Positions 1 to 13,236 of a stretch of DNA of 64,000 bases are shown piece by piece. The notes under the pieces were generated by a model. The model was not told the DNA's origin. It was given only the letters and a program-made list of their open reading frames with translations, and made no database searches. Every line of letters begins with the position of its first letter. Position 1 is the first letter of the stretch. Made by a program: the position numbers and the translations under genes. The DNA is taken from NCBI RefSeq assembly GCF_009914755.1, contig NC_060931.1, one strand, 5' to 3'. The DNA is from the human T2T-CHM13v2.0 reference genome, Homo sapiens.

Positions 1-1799
1 TGGCAACAGCCTCTAGACCAGTTTCCCTGCTTCAAGTTGTAATCCCTCCAACTCGTGTTCTATATTAAAATGAGTGCAATTTTACTCTTCTTTAGCAATT
101 CCCTACAAACTTTAAGTTAGTGCAAAGAACCATTGGCTAGGAATACAATACAGGACCCCCTTAAAGTAACAAGCACCAGTGTGATCATGAAGAGAAATAG
201 AGAAAAATTAAAATTGTCTCTTAGATTTGTGGCCTGCTAAAAGGACAGATAAGAAATTCAGGAGAGGAAAGTAGGTGGAGGAGGCAAACTTTTAATTTGT
301 GTCTTTCTTGTTGATTGGGAATACACTACCTCCATATATTGGGTGAGACTTATTTCCTGGTGTGAAAGTTGGAGTTTTTGAGATGTATACATACTTGTGA
401 AACTGACACAGTTTTCTTTGTCTACATCTTGCATTTTACAAAGTACAAAGAAGTCATAGACATACATTAAATTCCTAAAGGTGACTGCTCATGATTGTCC
501 TGTAATGTAGCCTCTGAGAGAAGAAGGATATGTAGAACACCACGGGTGGTGCCAGAATTAAAAGCCAAATCTCCTCTTGACATGATCCTACTCATTAATT
601 CCAAATGTGAGAGCTAATATGGCGAGAAACCAGCTTCTTTATGAAGGTGAATATGTGGTGATTGGATGGTTAATTGATAGTACATGGTACCATCCATGTC
701 ATGTATTTGATATTTTGCAATGTAGAAGTTGCTGTTTGACTCAACAGTGTTATTAAAATGAGGAGCATTGGAGGCAATGGGAGACTTGTCACTTTAAGGT
801 GAATGGGCTGCACAGTCATCTTGCTGTAGAAAAGGGGACCCCCATGGTCTTAAAGCCCCACACATGACATTTACACATGTATCACAAACAGCTTATGAGA
901 ACAAAAATAGTATGAAAACAGATCTGAGAGTGAATATTCGGAAACAACAGAGGGGATTTAGATAAGAAACAATTTCTTTTGTTTTGCCTATTAATTGAAG
1001 AGGTCTTAATTTTAAAGACTTGCATTATTTGGAACTATAACAAATGCCTCATGCCCAAACTATAGTAGATCTCTGCTCACCAAGCCTGCCTCTAGTCAGA
1101 AAAGTTGCACTGCAGTTGTCCTGGGTTAAACAAGGCCTTGTAGATATATGGTTTTTTGAAAAAAAGCACTTTATGGTGACTCCTGAGGAGGGGAGAAGAA
1201 AACATATACAGGTAGAGCTGTGAAGAAAGGAGGTGCTTTATCAGTTTGAGAGAGAAAAGCAGGCAAGGAAGAGTAGAATCAGGCTGAAGAATGAGATAAT
1301 TTCTCTTTCCTGAGATTATTAGAAGGAAGAAAAGAATGGGAGAGAGAGTTAATGAGAGTGATAACTGTGGAAAATCCGGGATGAACTGACAGAGGCCAAT
1401 GGCTTAGTTGAAGAGATGATTAAAAGACAGAATGAAAGGATGGATAGATTGGGGGTGGAATCTAGAGACTGATTAGTGTAGGATTTAAAACAGGCAAGAT
1501 TCCAGGTGATATTGTTATGTTCACAGTTCAGTGACCTTCAGGAGAATAGCTGACCTGAGCCTTAGAGAGTGAAACCTGGACCCAGGTAGAAAGGACAGTA
1601 TCACCAAACAGCAGTTAGTGGGTATGAAATGCACCTTGAGAACTTTCAAATTGGAATGGAAATAGGTGATACAGAAGACCTGCAACCAGAAAATCATCTG
1701 GTACACCAGGAAGATCACTCAAAGAAAATCAAAACAAAGTTTAACTTTGACATAAGATTATTTGTTTACTTGCTTCTTGATGAATTACCATCTCCATAG

Positions 1800-1880
1800 C
1801 AAGGATTTTGTTCACTCTTGCAACCCAAGAACCTAGAGAAGAGCCTGGAACATAGTAAATGCTAGTAAATGTTGGTTGCT
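1800..1880 (+). mobile_element. L2 3' end fragment
   Basis: gattttgttcact...acctagagaagagcctggaacatagtaaatgctagtaaatgttggttg matches the L2 terminal segment. Confidence 0.6.
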
Positions 1881-2611
1881 TGGTTTAAGGGATAATTTAG
1901 GGACAGAACCTAAGGAATGTCAATCTATAATTTAGTAAGACAGGAAGCATTGTTCTTTACTTAAAGTGCCCTACTCGCGGAGCCAAAAAATTCTAATTTC
2001 TGCTTCTCCCTTTATTATTATTATTTTTGAACAAAGAGTTTCACTTTTATACCAGCTTCTTATCTATAGAATGACTACTTAGTCATGCCCTCCTTGAATA
2101 GGAGAAGTATACAAGACCTGTCTCAGTAATCTGGCTCCTTAGGGTAATGATTTCCGGCATATCTTTTAACCACTTTTTTCAAACAAAAACCTGGACAGGA
2201 GCCCCATCCTGCCAGAGTTAATGCAGACCCTAAACCAGATCAATGTGGAGCCTAAAAATCTGATTGTTGTGGCTGATTTAGAACATGCAAATGAAGAAAC
2301 CATTGTAAGAGGTTCAGTTACTGGTGGGACAACCGAATCTATACTGGTTTGTATCCACAAATGGGCACTTGCCACTAATCTTCTCTCCAGAAAATTGCAT
2401 CCTGGGGTGGCAAAAGTGGGTGGATCAGTGGGAATCATTTATTCTGTGAATAAATAAAATGAAAATCAGTAAATCAATGATAATGATTGAACAGAATGTC
2501 TTCATGTAAGGGGAACAAATTTACTTGAAAAGCAAAGTTAAATTATCTTTATTTTTTGTGGAAAGAGTACAAAATGTCAATGTCTGAAAATAATGTGTCT
2601 ATTCTTATAGA

Positions 2612-2892
2612 TTGGCATTTCCAAAAGCATGTTCCATAGAAGAGCAGCAATCCCATGAGAAGCAGCATAAAATAAAGTTTCCATGGCCAAATAAGTTTAG
2701 GAAATTAAGTCTTTCCTATTCTCTCAGAGATTTACTATAGACATTAGCACTTTAAAGACTCTAATTTTTCTGTACGAAAAAGACCCCTTTGATGTTAACT
2801 CTTCATTTCCCAAACCTGATTGACCATGAAACACTTTTATGGTGTGATAACAATTAATAACCCATCTATAGAATATCCTTTGGAAAATGCTC
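2612..2892. mobile_element. hAT-Charlie MITE, MER103C-like
   Basis: Termini gcatttccaaaagcatgttccatagaa / tatcctttggaaaatgc, with internal inverted ccatggccaaataagtttaggaaa / tttcccaaacctgattgaccatg. Confidence 0.6.
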
Positions 2893-3849
2893 TTTTAGCT
2901 CAATGGCAATTTCTAAACCACTCTAGTTGATTAAGCCTGCAAGTCATGAGAACGAGCTGCCCTTTCACTTATAATTTTCTCTCTTTCCCCTTCATGAAGC
3001 AAAAGTGGAATTTCTGAGGCCTTCAACATTCTCTAGCCTTGGTACAAAGCCCAGTACTATAATGGGCATCTCACAGGCGATTATTCCTTTGGAGCAGTAT
3101 TTGTCAAGAACATTTCCACCAATATCTTGGCTATGAGAACAAGGAGTAGGATGAGGAATGTGGGCAAAGAGTAGTGAAAAGGAACATGGCTTGTCTCAAA
3201 ACAGCTATGAGCTGTTGTCACCCAAGGCCTAGAATCTTTTCAAATACAAAATTTGGCATTTCTTTCTAGACAATTCTATTTAATATGTTTCTGTAGATGC
3301 AGTCTAAGTGAATAAGCAAATGAATTTTGTGAAACCACAGGATAGGCTGGTTTGCTGCCACAGCAAAGCCTTCTGTTTGGATAACTCCTTGATTATATAA
3401 CCTATTTGAAAATCATTCTTCATTATTACAGGAACTAACTTGCCAAGGCATAATATGGCCATAAACCCAATTTATGTTGCCACATAAAGCAAAACAGAGT
3501 GTCTTCCTACTCTCCTCATGAGTTTAAAATGTCTATCTAAATCCAGGCTCCAAGTCTAGCTGGTAGAAAGACTTGGCACTTTCTGCATTGGAGAGCTGTT
3601 CTGGGTAAACAGTGTGACACACAATGTAAGAGAAATAATTCAGATGATAGGGGAAACAGAATAAAAATGATGTCATATTGAAAGAAATAAGACTTTTTCT
3701 TTTACTCATGTCAATGACCTGACTCAGCTATGTATTTTTACATCATCATGCTAACTTAGCTCTTATTGAGCACATTGAGCTCTTATAAACTTAACCACTT
3801 TGTAGCTTGCATTATGTGTATACATCATCTAATTAGCATTTAATAGTTA

Positions 3850-4050
3850 CTGTGTTTTCAGTACCATGCTAGATTCTTACATACATGTTCTTTGATTTAG
3901 TTCTTAAGACAAAATGTTGTAGATTCTCCTTTTACACTTAGTTTGTGGATGAGCAACTCAAAGCTCAAGGAGATTAGGAGATTAGGTTAGTTTCCAGTCA
4001 TGAAGTTACTGAGTAGACAAATCAGGTGTTCTGACTCCTAGTCCTGTGCC
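3850..4050 (-). mobile_element. MIR, degraded
   Basis: gtggatgagcaactcaaagctcaaggagattagg...ctgactcctagtcctgtgc, reverse MIR core. Confidence 0.5.
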
Positions 4051-5391
4051 CTCAGAGTGGTCTCTCCAACCACCAAGCTATTTCTGTTTTAACAATATCC
4101 CTGACTACAACCAGCCCAGGGCTTTCCATATCATACTTGTTCAATACATGTTTTTTGAGGGTATAAATGAGGAGAAGATCTAACAGCATGTCCTTCATAT
4201 CTTTTCAGTTTCCATGGAGAACCCAGTCTCAAATCACTCTTGATCTCTATTATATCTATTTATCAACTCATATGTTATTTTCACTGTTATTTTTAAGCAC
4301 ATAGATGATGTTTTTATTATCACTGCCTAGAAGTTCAAAGACCAAAAGCCCACAGTCCAGAAATCCCTGGTAGGAATAATCCAGCATGGATATATATTTC
4401 CAGCTATTAAGGGGAAATGGCTAGAAAGCACATTTCTACTCCAAGATGCTAGCCTAACCCTGGTGGAAATGGTGTAAACTACTTGACAAATTTTGAAAAG
4501 TTACTGGTCACGTTTTTGTCAGAATTTCTACTCTAAGACCCATCTCCTTAAGTGACTTTAATTATACTTGCTAATGGGAAACAAAACAATGATATAAGAT
4601 TTAAAATGAAGCAATGATGTATACTAGTTTGGTGGAAGTTTTCAAAAATAAGTAGACTTTACTTCGAATTTGAGTACCACATCCTGTGTAACAGAGTGGT
4701 TAAATACAAGACTCAACACAAAGCCTTGCACATAGTAAGTGCTCAATAAGCATTCAATGAATGAACAAATACATGACATCTAAGTAGTTGGTCAGGCAAC
4801 ATTAATAAACAAGGAGATCTTAGAGAAATGGTTCAGAATTGTGTGCAGTTCAGAATTGTGCCATTACCCAAATGGCTATTATTAATGGATAATTGGTTAT
4901 GATCTGTCTAATTAAAACTAATTTAAGAAAAAGGCATTGTAACCTCACGTATACTTTATAGTATCGGAACTCTAATAGCAGCCATGATAAAGGGGAGATA
5001 GAAACTCTTTGATTCAAATCAATTTAATTAAAAATACATCATGCATTTATTAGATGTGTTTCAATGTTTTCTTAAGATGAAGCCAAACTTCGATATGTGA
5101 GAGATTGGGAGAAAAATAATCCAATCTAAAGGATAAGCATGAAGATACTGGAATCACTAAGCATACTGAAGAAATCTTAAGTGGGCTAATTCCAAAATCT
5201 GTGTTCTTAGTCACTACATATAGACTGTCATATATGAAGAATAAAGTAAACTCAGTTTTGGACAAATGGAAATTGAATTATCAGAAGGGTCTTCTATTTT
5301 GAGAAACTGATTGTAATTAGCATGTTCAAGGTTTCCTTGTAACTTTTCAACTTCTGTTAAGATCAACTATGGCAAATATTAGAAGAAAAGT

Positions 5392-5582
5392 CAGTATGGC
5401 ATAATGGAAAAAAAAATAGTGGGCAAAGGAATAAGAGATCCATATTGTAATCCCAGAAGAACTTCAAACTCACCACATGACTCTTAAGCATGTTACTATA
5501 TCTTTCTGGGCATGCATTTCATTACTTATAAAATTAGACAACTGGACTATAATTAAAGGTCTTTTTCACTCCAAGATAGGCT
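5392..5582 (+). mobile_element. MIR3/MIRc
   Basis: cagtatggcataatggaaa...catgactcttaagcatgttac...actggactataattaaaggtcttttt. Confidence 0.55.
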
Positions 5583-5695
5583 CTAATGTAACCATCACTA
5601 AAATACAAAACATGTATTTGGCAGACAGAGACAAGATAGCAATGTATAGATAAATATTGACTCTACTTGACATTGTAATAGAAAATAAACTAAAA

Positions 5696-5983
5696 CAGAA
5701 TTTCCACATTGGTTTTACAAAATATGATCTCTGTGAACACTCATTAATAACAAAAAGAGGAATGAGCAGTCCACTGGAACAAAGTTTGTGAAATGTGAAA
5801 TACCACGTGCTCTTCTCTGGAAATTCGCAAGTATGTTAGGATATTAAAAGTTCTGCAAAATTCTGCAACCATGGATCCTCTAAATAAATTCATTTAAATT
5901 AGCTGTTATTTCTAATTACATTTACCAATATTAATGTGCAATGGACATTCAAGGAATGGATGGCCACGTCTGGGTAATAATTG
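5696..5983. mobile_element. hAT-Charlie MITE, MER103C-like, degraded
   Basis: aaagtttgtgaaatg...ctctggaaattcgcaagtatgttaggatattaaaagttctgcaaaattctgcaa resembles the element at 2612-2892. Confidence 0.45.
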
Positions 5984-6873
5984 ACTTCCATTGATTTCCT
6001 GAATGAAAAGTATGTTGGTCTCTTGATTAGCAGAAAAAGCTGCAGTAAAAGGTAAATGTTGCAGACTTATCAGCATTTCTTTATTATATTGGAAAAGAAA
6101 TCGCAGGACTTTGCCATGCTTGTTTGGCTAAGTGAAACTCTGGTAAATATATGATTGGTTAAATATGTTGGTGCTTGGTTTTGAAAGTCCACTTTCACAA
6201 ATACTGATGAATTACCCTTCTATTATATCTTACACAGGAGACTTACTGAGTGGAACTAAATTGGTTGCCATAAGTTATAAACTCTTTTAAGCCAAGTTTT
6301 AAAATATTTATGTAGAAGTCAATGCCACATACATACGAAACCATTCTATAAATACCAACAGGAATTTAAAATGGTGGGATTAAGATATAGTCCTTATACA
6401 AAATATCATCTTGTCCTTATACACACACTGTTGAAAAAATCCTCTTTCAGAATAAAGTACAACTGATTTTATTAAATGATGAAACTGGAAGGGATCTTAG
6501 AATTCAAATATCCCCAACTTCTCACTCTATAGATGAGCAAAAGAAAACCTACTGAATGATTTATTTTAAATCTGTTTGAAAGTTAGTGGAAGAGCTCTAA
6601 TTAAAACTCTATCATAGGGTCCAACCTAGTTCATGTTCTAAATTACTAATCTGTCTCGCATTAAAGATTTTTCCTAGTTGGCTTCAATATTCTGCAGTGA
6701 AGTTCTAAAGCTTGGTCTAGTAGGGGTAGAAATAACCATAATGATAGTTCATCCTCTTGCCCAGTTTAATTTCTCTTAGTCACCTTTAACATTCTGTTTG
6801 GTTCTGATATCAAGACTATTTTAAGAAAGAAAGTGCTTAGACTTGAATAAAATGAGGTTAAAGAAAAGGACAT

Positions 6874-6995
6874 CTGGGGTGTTGTTCAACGTATTTAACA
6901 ATTGTTGCCACTGCAACATCCACCAATTAGAACAATTGCTGGCTGTTAGCCACAGGCCCTGTTGTACCAATACTTACTAGCAATAAACCAGTCTG
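6874..6995 (+). mobile_element. Ancient hAT-type MITE, MamRep1894-like
   Basis: About 122 bp: ctggggtgttgttcaacgtatttaacaattg...accaattagaacaattgctggctgt...aataaaccagtctg. Length and motifs fit the recalled consensus. Confidence 0.45.
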
Positions 6996-7816
6996 GGGTT
7001 CTTAATTTTCTGCCTCTCCCCCATAACCTTGCTATGCATTGTACATACATTTATCTTTGTATGTTTGTGTTTGCAGAAATGGAGGTGGGGTAGAATGAAG
7101 CAGAGCACTTACTGTGTTTATAAATTCACTCATCAAATATTTACTGAATCCAAATCCAGGACTTGCTCTTACGGAGTCTTTCTGTATTGCAGAGAAAGCT
7201 TGAATGGGAGCTATCCTCATGCACCCCCTTAATACACATATCTCCCAATCCTCTCACCACTTATGGGATTTCATACAAAGATATTTCATCTAGAACCTTA
7301 TAAAAGACAAGCTTGCTCCTGCATTTCCAATTTCAGTGCATATATTTACTAATAAAGAAAAGCACCATCAAATGTAATTTAATCATTACAAACTTTCCTT
7401 TTCTTCCTATTAAATTATTTAAGAATCCATTTTCCTGAAATTTGAGTGCCCTTGGAAATTATCCTTTCTTCACAGCTGTGTAAGTAGTTCAAAAGGTTCT
7501 GTAAAATTGTCTAGATTCCCTTGAAAAACAGAGCAATTAAGTGAGATTAATGATATAAGGGATGGCCAACCAAGTTGGATCTCTAAATGTCAGCAACGAT
7601 ATACAAATAGTTCTCATCATAGCAGTTGTTTCCCACCATGACCCTAAGAGCTAAGAATCAGTGGTCTGATCTGACGAACTTTATCTAAAATGATGATGTT
7701 AAAGTCAATTTCAATGTGCAATTTAATTTTTCAGGTGAACTGAACATCCTGCTTTATTCAAGAAAGCTTAGTCCTTGTGAGAAACTTGCATATGACTCAC
7801 CTTGCCAGTTCACGTT

Positions 7817-7871
7817 TAAAAAATTGGCACATTATAATTTTACAAATTTATGAGGTACAATGATGAAATCA
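7817..7871 (-). mobile_element. Very short 5'-truncated L1MA-type 3' end with TSD
   Basis: aattggcacattataattttacaaatttatgaggtacaatg is the reverse L1 terminus, flanked by direct repeat ccagttcac(g/t)ttt at 7805 and 7872. Confidence 0.55.
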
Positions 7872-8684
7872 CCAGTTCACTTTTTAAAAATTAAGTATAT
7901 AAAAAATTACAGCACATAAAACAAGGTTTAATCAACCCCACAAACTTAATCAGGAATACCAAAGAATTAATCTGAACTAATGTGATTTTGTTTGGGGATG
8001 CAGATGGGATAATAACTGAGAAGTTCAGTTATTTCAGAACGTGTCTAGAGGCATCTACATGACTTAGATCCATAGGTAATCCGATTCATATTTTTCTGAT
8101 AGCTGACTCATATTTCTAAGACATCTTGTATCTCCTCACCTCTCTCTGGTGGTAGTACGCATTCAGTGATAGGAGCTAAAGGACGCAGTGCAGAACTAAA
8201 CCAGAATTTATGCAAAGTCAATGAGCTGAATTGAAATAACTGAGTTGACTAAATTAATCTGAGCAGGATCTGTCGCTTTCCCTAAAGGAACCCTGACTAA
8301 CAATAGCTTCTCCAACTGCCAGTTGACTCTAACTTAAGTTCACTGCTTCTCTGCTGTTGCTAATGTGCAGGTTCTGGGTCCTGAACTAATTGCTGCCAGG
8401 TGGGTGACAGGAAACAGAGCTCCAATCTTGTTCTCTGTTCTGAGAGAAAATTCTGATATTCTTTGGAAAGATATAGATGAAACCTAATGTTTATCAAGAA
8501 ACTCTGTCTGTTATCCTTCTTGGCTGATACACAAGAATATATGGTAGTGTTTGGCCAAATTAAAACATTAAAATGGACTCCTTTTTTGAAGAGGGGTTGG
8601 GAGTAGGGGATAACTAGTGGGAAAGGAAGGAAGGAACTAAAATGAACTGAATGCATATAGAAGCCAGGCAATTTATACACATTA

Positions 8685-8860
8685 CATTATCCTCCTATGA
8701 AATGCAAATAGGCATTTAAATCTCCACTTTATATATAAGGAAATAAAGGTTCACAGAAGTTAAGTAACTTGATTAAGATCTCACAGTCAATAAGCGGCAG
8801 CGACAGAACTTGAAAACAGTTCTTACTTCAAAATCTATTTTCTTTCCACATTTCACACTG
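8685..8860 (-). mobile_element. MIR
   Basis: aaggaaataaaggttcacagaagttaagtaacttgattaagatctcacagtcaataagcggcag, reverse MIR core. Confidence 0.7.
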
Positions 8861-9119
8861 ATTCTAGAAACATACGTATTTAAATAAACATGCCCATTGA
8901 AAATAATGAAGTTTGAAAATAAGTTGTCAATGATTTTTTTCTTTAATTGATCTACTCTTAAAGATTATATAACTATCTTCTGGCTAAGTTTCGCTGTATT
9001 AACATTATAAGTTTGTAAGCTGTAAACAACTCTATATGCCAAAATTCTTAAAACATCCAGACCCTTTGACTAAGGTTTTTTTCCTCTTGATATTATAAAT
9101 TGGTCCAGATTTGATTGTA

Positions 9120-9390
9120 GAAATGTCCATCATAACTTTGTCTAATGCAGTGGAATTTGAAAGTAATCTAAATGTCCAAAATAATGAATTTGTTAATCTT
9201 TGGCACACCGATACTAATGGAATACTCTGCAGCCATTAAAAATTGTGTACTAGAATATTTAATTATCTAGATAGATGTTTTTGGTATGTTATTACTTTAA
9301 AAAGGGACTACAAACTGAATGTATGACATAATCTGATTTTTGTAAATATATATTTATATATGAATAGAAAAAAGGCTTGAAGAATATAAT
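9120..9390 (+). mobile_element. L1ME (L1ME4-like) 3' region, part 1
   Basis: taatctaaatgtccaa...atggaatactctgcagccattaaaaat. Confidence 0.65.
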
Positions 9391-9393
9391 ATT

Positions 9394-9525
9394 ATGCAGC
9401 AGGCACTATGAGTATACACGTATTACCTCCTTCAATCTTTTCAATAGCCTTCGCATGTAGATACTATTATTGTTACTGTAATTTTGCAGCCATGAAAACT
9501 GAGTCTTAGAGAGGCTAGGTAAAAT
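9394..9525 (-). mobile_element. MIR fragment
   Basis: aggcactatg...atactattatt...attttgcagccatgaaaactgagtcttagagaggctaggtaa. Confidence 0.65.
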
Positions 9526-9529
9526 ACTA

Positions 9530-9850
9530 GATTTGCTATGTAAAAAATAACCTCCAAATCTCAGTTTTTTAAAAGAAATGATTTTTTCTTTTCCTCAAGT
9601 TACATGATAACTATGGGGCAGCTGAAGCACCCTCTGTGGATCTGCTCCACATGATTTTCTCTCTGTGACCAGGGCTGATGGAGCAACACTCGTCTGGAAT
9701 ATGCTGTTCTCAGGGCAGAGGATGGTCCTGCCAGGGGAGCAACGCTTTGCTCAGATGAGGTAAGACATAACTACTCACACCCTATTGCCCTAAGCAAGTT
9801 ACAACATTAAGGCCAAAGTTAACATATCATGAATACATATGCTTTTTCTG
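9530..9850 (-). mobile_element. MaLR LTR, MLT1K/L-like
   Basis: gctatgtaaaaaataacctccaaatctcag...ctgctccacatg...accagggctgatggagcaacactcgtctggaat...tattgccctaagcaagttaca. Confidence 0.6.
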
Positions 9851-9876
9851 AGGAAGGAGAAAGCAAATAATTAGAA

Positions 9877-9908
9877 ACACACACACACACACACATACAC
9901 ATACACAC
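9877..9908. repeat. (CA)n microsatellite, interrupted
   Basis: Seen directly. Confidence 0.9.
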
Positions 9909-9914
9909 GACACA

Positions 9915-10075
9915 GAGGAAAATTGCACAAGTTTCCACAGCAAGGTGACAAAGATGGTACTAGAACCTCTCCAGATGGTGGGATTGAAAGTGATTGATTT
10001 GATTTGATTTGATTTTGCTTGCCTGCATTTTCTAATTTTTGCAACATTGACGGGAATTGCTTTTGAAAAAAAAGA
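9915..10075 (+). mobile_element. L1ME 3' terminus, part 2
   Basis: ctctccagatggtgggattgaaagtgatt...ttttgcttgcctgcattttctaatttttgcaacattga followed by an A-rich tail. Confidence 0.55.
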
Positions 10076-11879
10076 AAAGAGGAAATGAACTATCTTGTTC
10101 TTGTTCTGTGTTTTGTGCACTGTTGCTGATAGGAATGTTCCCTATGGCGTAGCTTTGGAGTACAGAATAAGAAAATAGTAGGGGAAAGAGGGAGGTTATA
10201 CTTGTCTCACCTTAATTGCTTGGGTCTGCTTTCAATCTGTCTTCAGATAACTGGAAATATACTTTTTAAAAAGTTTGACAATAATCCCCAATAAGGAACA
10301 ACCCTCAAATTAAAAGAAGGCTCTTAAACCAATGGGAATGCCATTTCACTGAGAACTATTCTCTATAATGAAGGCTTCATTCATGATATCAACAGCAAGT
10401 TGCAATAAAAAAATGAATTAACACAATTAGCAATACACTGAAGACAGAATGTCTGATGGGCTTTCTAATTACATCTCTTAAGAGTGCCCTGGTGGTGATT
10501 AGGTGTTAAAAAATGTATTTCACAAATGTAATTACAAAATTATAAAGGGAAATTAATCTCAGTGGCCAATGAAGAATAGTCATAATAGACCCATAAGTAC
10601 AGCTTCCAACAATATACAAACAAAGACAGAAAGCATTCAGTGATATTATAGAAAATTGCCCACATTTCCCATTTTAATTCTTATTGTTGTTTGGCTTCTT
10701 TGGAAATTCCCCCCAACAGGGAAAAAAACCAACAAATTCTATCTTACATTTCACACTTGCCTTCCCTAAAAACACTATCATTGTAATATTGTTTAAGTAT
10801 AGCTAAAAATAGTTATTTCTGTGCTGGAAATAAGGAAACCCCTGACTGCAAAGTAATAGACCATGAGATAGTTTCAATATCTAACTTCAGCAATATTTGG
10901 TGCTCAATGAATTCTGGTAGAAATTCTTTAACCATGTATTATTTCCTCTGCTCAACAGCGTCTTTTTCTTTCTCCCACCGTATGTAAAACCTGTGATCTG
11001 CCATCTTGGGAAGACATTCAAATAGTACTCGTAAATATGTCTACCATGATCCATAAGTTTTTAAGACCTAAGAGAGATACGTGTTCAAAATGTTCAATAT
11101 CCTCAACTACTATTCCTTTTCTTTCCTTTTTCCCCCTAAGCAAAACTGTATTTTTTTAATTTAGTACAACAAAGAATTTAAGTTTCCTGAAATAAAATAA
11201 CTTCATGCCATAAGAATGAGGTAAAATCTGTCCAGTTAATCTTTTCTGGTATTCTCTTAGGAAGACTGAGTTAGTGTTATCTATTCACTTTGGTAATAAT
11301 TGTGACTGACATCTCCAAGTTCTATCTAAAGCAGACGCACCCATACAAGACTTATGCAAGAATCTTAGGGGTGCAGCAATATTTCCATGTGGTATCTCAC
11401 CTCCTCTCTGAAGATGCTGCTGCAAAAAGAGCTTTTATAGTATAAGCAGTGGGGCCCCTATGGAAATTTATGTCTGCCACTCCTGATATAGTCCCACCAC
11501 CTATACTATTTAATAAAAAGAAGTGTCAAGGAAGGTACCGGTTCTGAGTAATTTCAAGGACACCTGAAAAAGGCCTGCAATTCAAGCATATTTTCAATGA
11601 TGTCTAGATAAGACTAGATATAGCTAAGTGGAAAAAAAAAAGCCTATAAAAACTCAGTAGTCACAATGTTCTTTGCAGAACTCCCCCCCAAAAATAGTTT
11701 GAGTTTCCTTTTCAAAGAATCAGTTGGCACATCCAGTTGCATCTGTTTTTGTCAAAGCAGGAAGAGTTTGATACATTGGTTGTGAAAATAGTCGTACTTT
11801 AACTTGGGACATGTGGAAGGATATGAATTAGTGTGATAGATTCGGGAAAGTTTAGTCACGAAAGATGTTTGAGTCAGAC

Positions 11880-12035
11880 AATCAGACATTAGAGATTATC
11901 TAATATGAAACCCTCATTTGAAAATGAAGAAACCAAGACTCAGGGAGGAGAAAGAACTTGTCCAAATTTACAAAGTGTATACACAGCAATGGGAATCAGG
12001 TATGTGCTGGATGGTCTTCTGTGAACATTTCACTA
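11880..12035 (-). mobile_element. MIR (MIR3/MIRc)
   Basis: ttagagattatctaatatgaaaccctcatttgaaaatgaagaaaccaagactcagggaggagaaagaacttgtccaaa. Confidence 0.65.
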
Positions 12036-12263
12036 TGTCTTTCTCTCCCGTCTTCTCAACCCTGTCTCCTTCCTTCAGGGAACTTTGCTAAACTTCTTAT
12101 CTCCACTATAATACGTTAGAAAGACTAAATCAAGAGAGAAGTAGATAAGCCATGTCTACAAAATAGGATAAAAAGAGAACCTCTCTCGTGCAAAATAGGA
12201 GGCAAAATCACACGCACACACTTCTTTTTACCATCCCATTCTAGCTAGAAGTTTATACAGGTT

Positions 12264-12690
12264 AAAAGGCCACCTGGGACTAGGTATGTTCAAAATGGCG
12301 GCTCCACCTTCCCTTCTCTTTGCCAGCCCCGTGTACAGGAAGGAGCAGGTAACAAGGTGCCAGCTAGGCAAAGACTCTATTTGCATAATAAGATTAGGGG
12401 CCCCACATATTATGTAAACATCACACCTGGTCCAACCAATCTTTGGGCCCTATGTAAATCAGATATTGCTTTGTCAAGCCTGTCTCTAAAATCCGGTGTA
12501 CTCCACCTCAGGCCAAATGTCCCACTCAGGTGTCCCTCTCTCTCAAAAGACAGAAAGCTGTTCTTTCTCTTTCTTTTGCCTATTAAACTATCACTCCTAA
12601 ACTCACTCTCTGTGTGTGTCTGTGTCCTTAGTTTTCTTGGTATGAGATGACGAACCCCAGTTATTTACCCCAGAAAATGATGCCGCTTCA
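12264..12690 (+). mobile_element. ERV1 solo LTR, LTR9 family (5' part missing or short subfamily)
   Basis: ctgggactaggtatgttcaaaatggcggctcca, atttgcataataagattaggg, ccaatc...tatgtaaatcaga, attaaa poly(A) signal and terminal tatttaccccagaaaatgatgccgcttca match the recalled LTR9 consensus. Confidence 0.75.
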
Positions 12691-12692
12691 CT

Positions 12693-12805
12693 AGGTTTCT
12701 GGCTTTTACAATATGTCTGATGCAGATGGGATTGGCTGAGATAGGGCACACTGAAGGAGGATTAGGTTTTTTGGGGAGGTTCATAAGTTTAGGACATTGT
12801 TTTTA
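12693..12805 (-). mobile_element. L2 fragment
   Basis: aggtttctggctt...ctgagatagggcacactgaaggagga...agtttaggacat. Confidence 0.5.
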
Positions 12806-13236
12806 TTAAAGACCAATTTCATGGTTTCTCATCCATATTCTCCTGCAGGTGTGTTTCTCATTTGCACACTTGAGGCCTCATAACCAACTCACAGTGACTT
12901 TAAGAGCAGTCACAGAGGTAGTGTTTAATGCTACTTAGTGTATTTCCTTAATGTCCTTCAAACAAGCAAAAAGCAACAATCTCCTCACTACAGACAAAAA
13001 TTACTAAATGGCCCTGTAGAAAACAAACAGGATTCTGTTGTTATAACACGCTACCAAATATCCAGATGGCTCAATTGTTTGTTGAACTATTTGGTCAAAC
13101 AGTTGTTGATTGTGATTTTTTTTTTTTTTTGGCTTCACTTGGTGGTTGTGGGGCATAAGACCAGCAGATTCTCAGCTTCCTAGCTTATTTTCCTATGCAT
13201 GAACTTTTCCTCTGGGAAGTTGGCTTAATAATCAGG

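Noticed and set aside
2166-2457. Overlapping 78 and 90 aa ORFs with protein-like composition
   Set aside because: No recognisable domain and no supporting splice or promoter context; the length is expected by chance.
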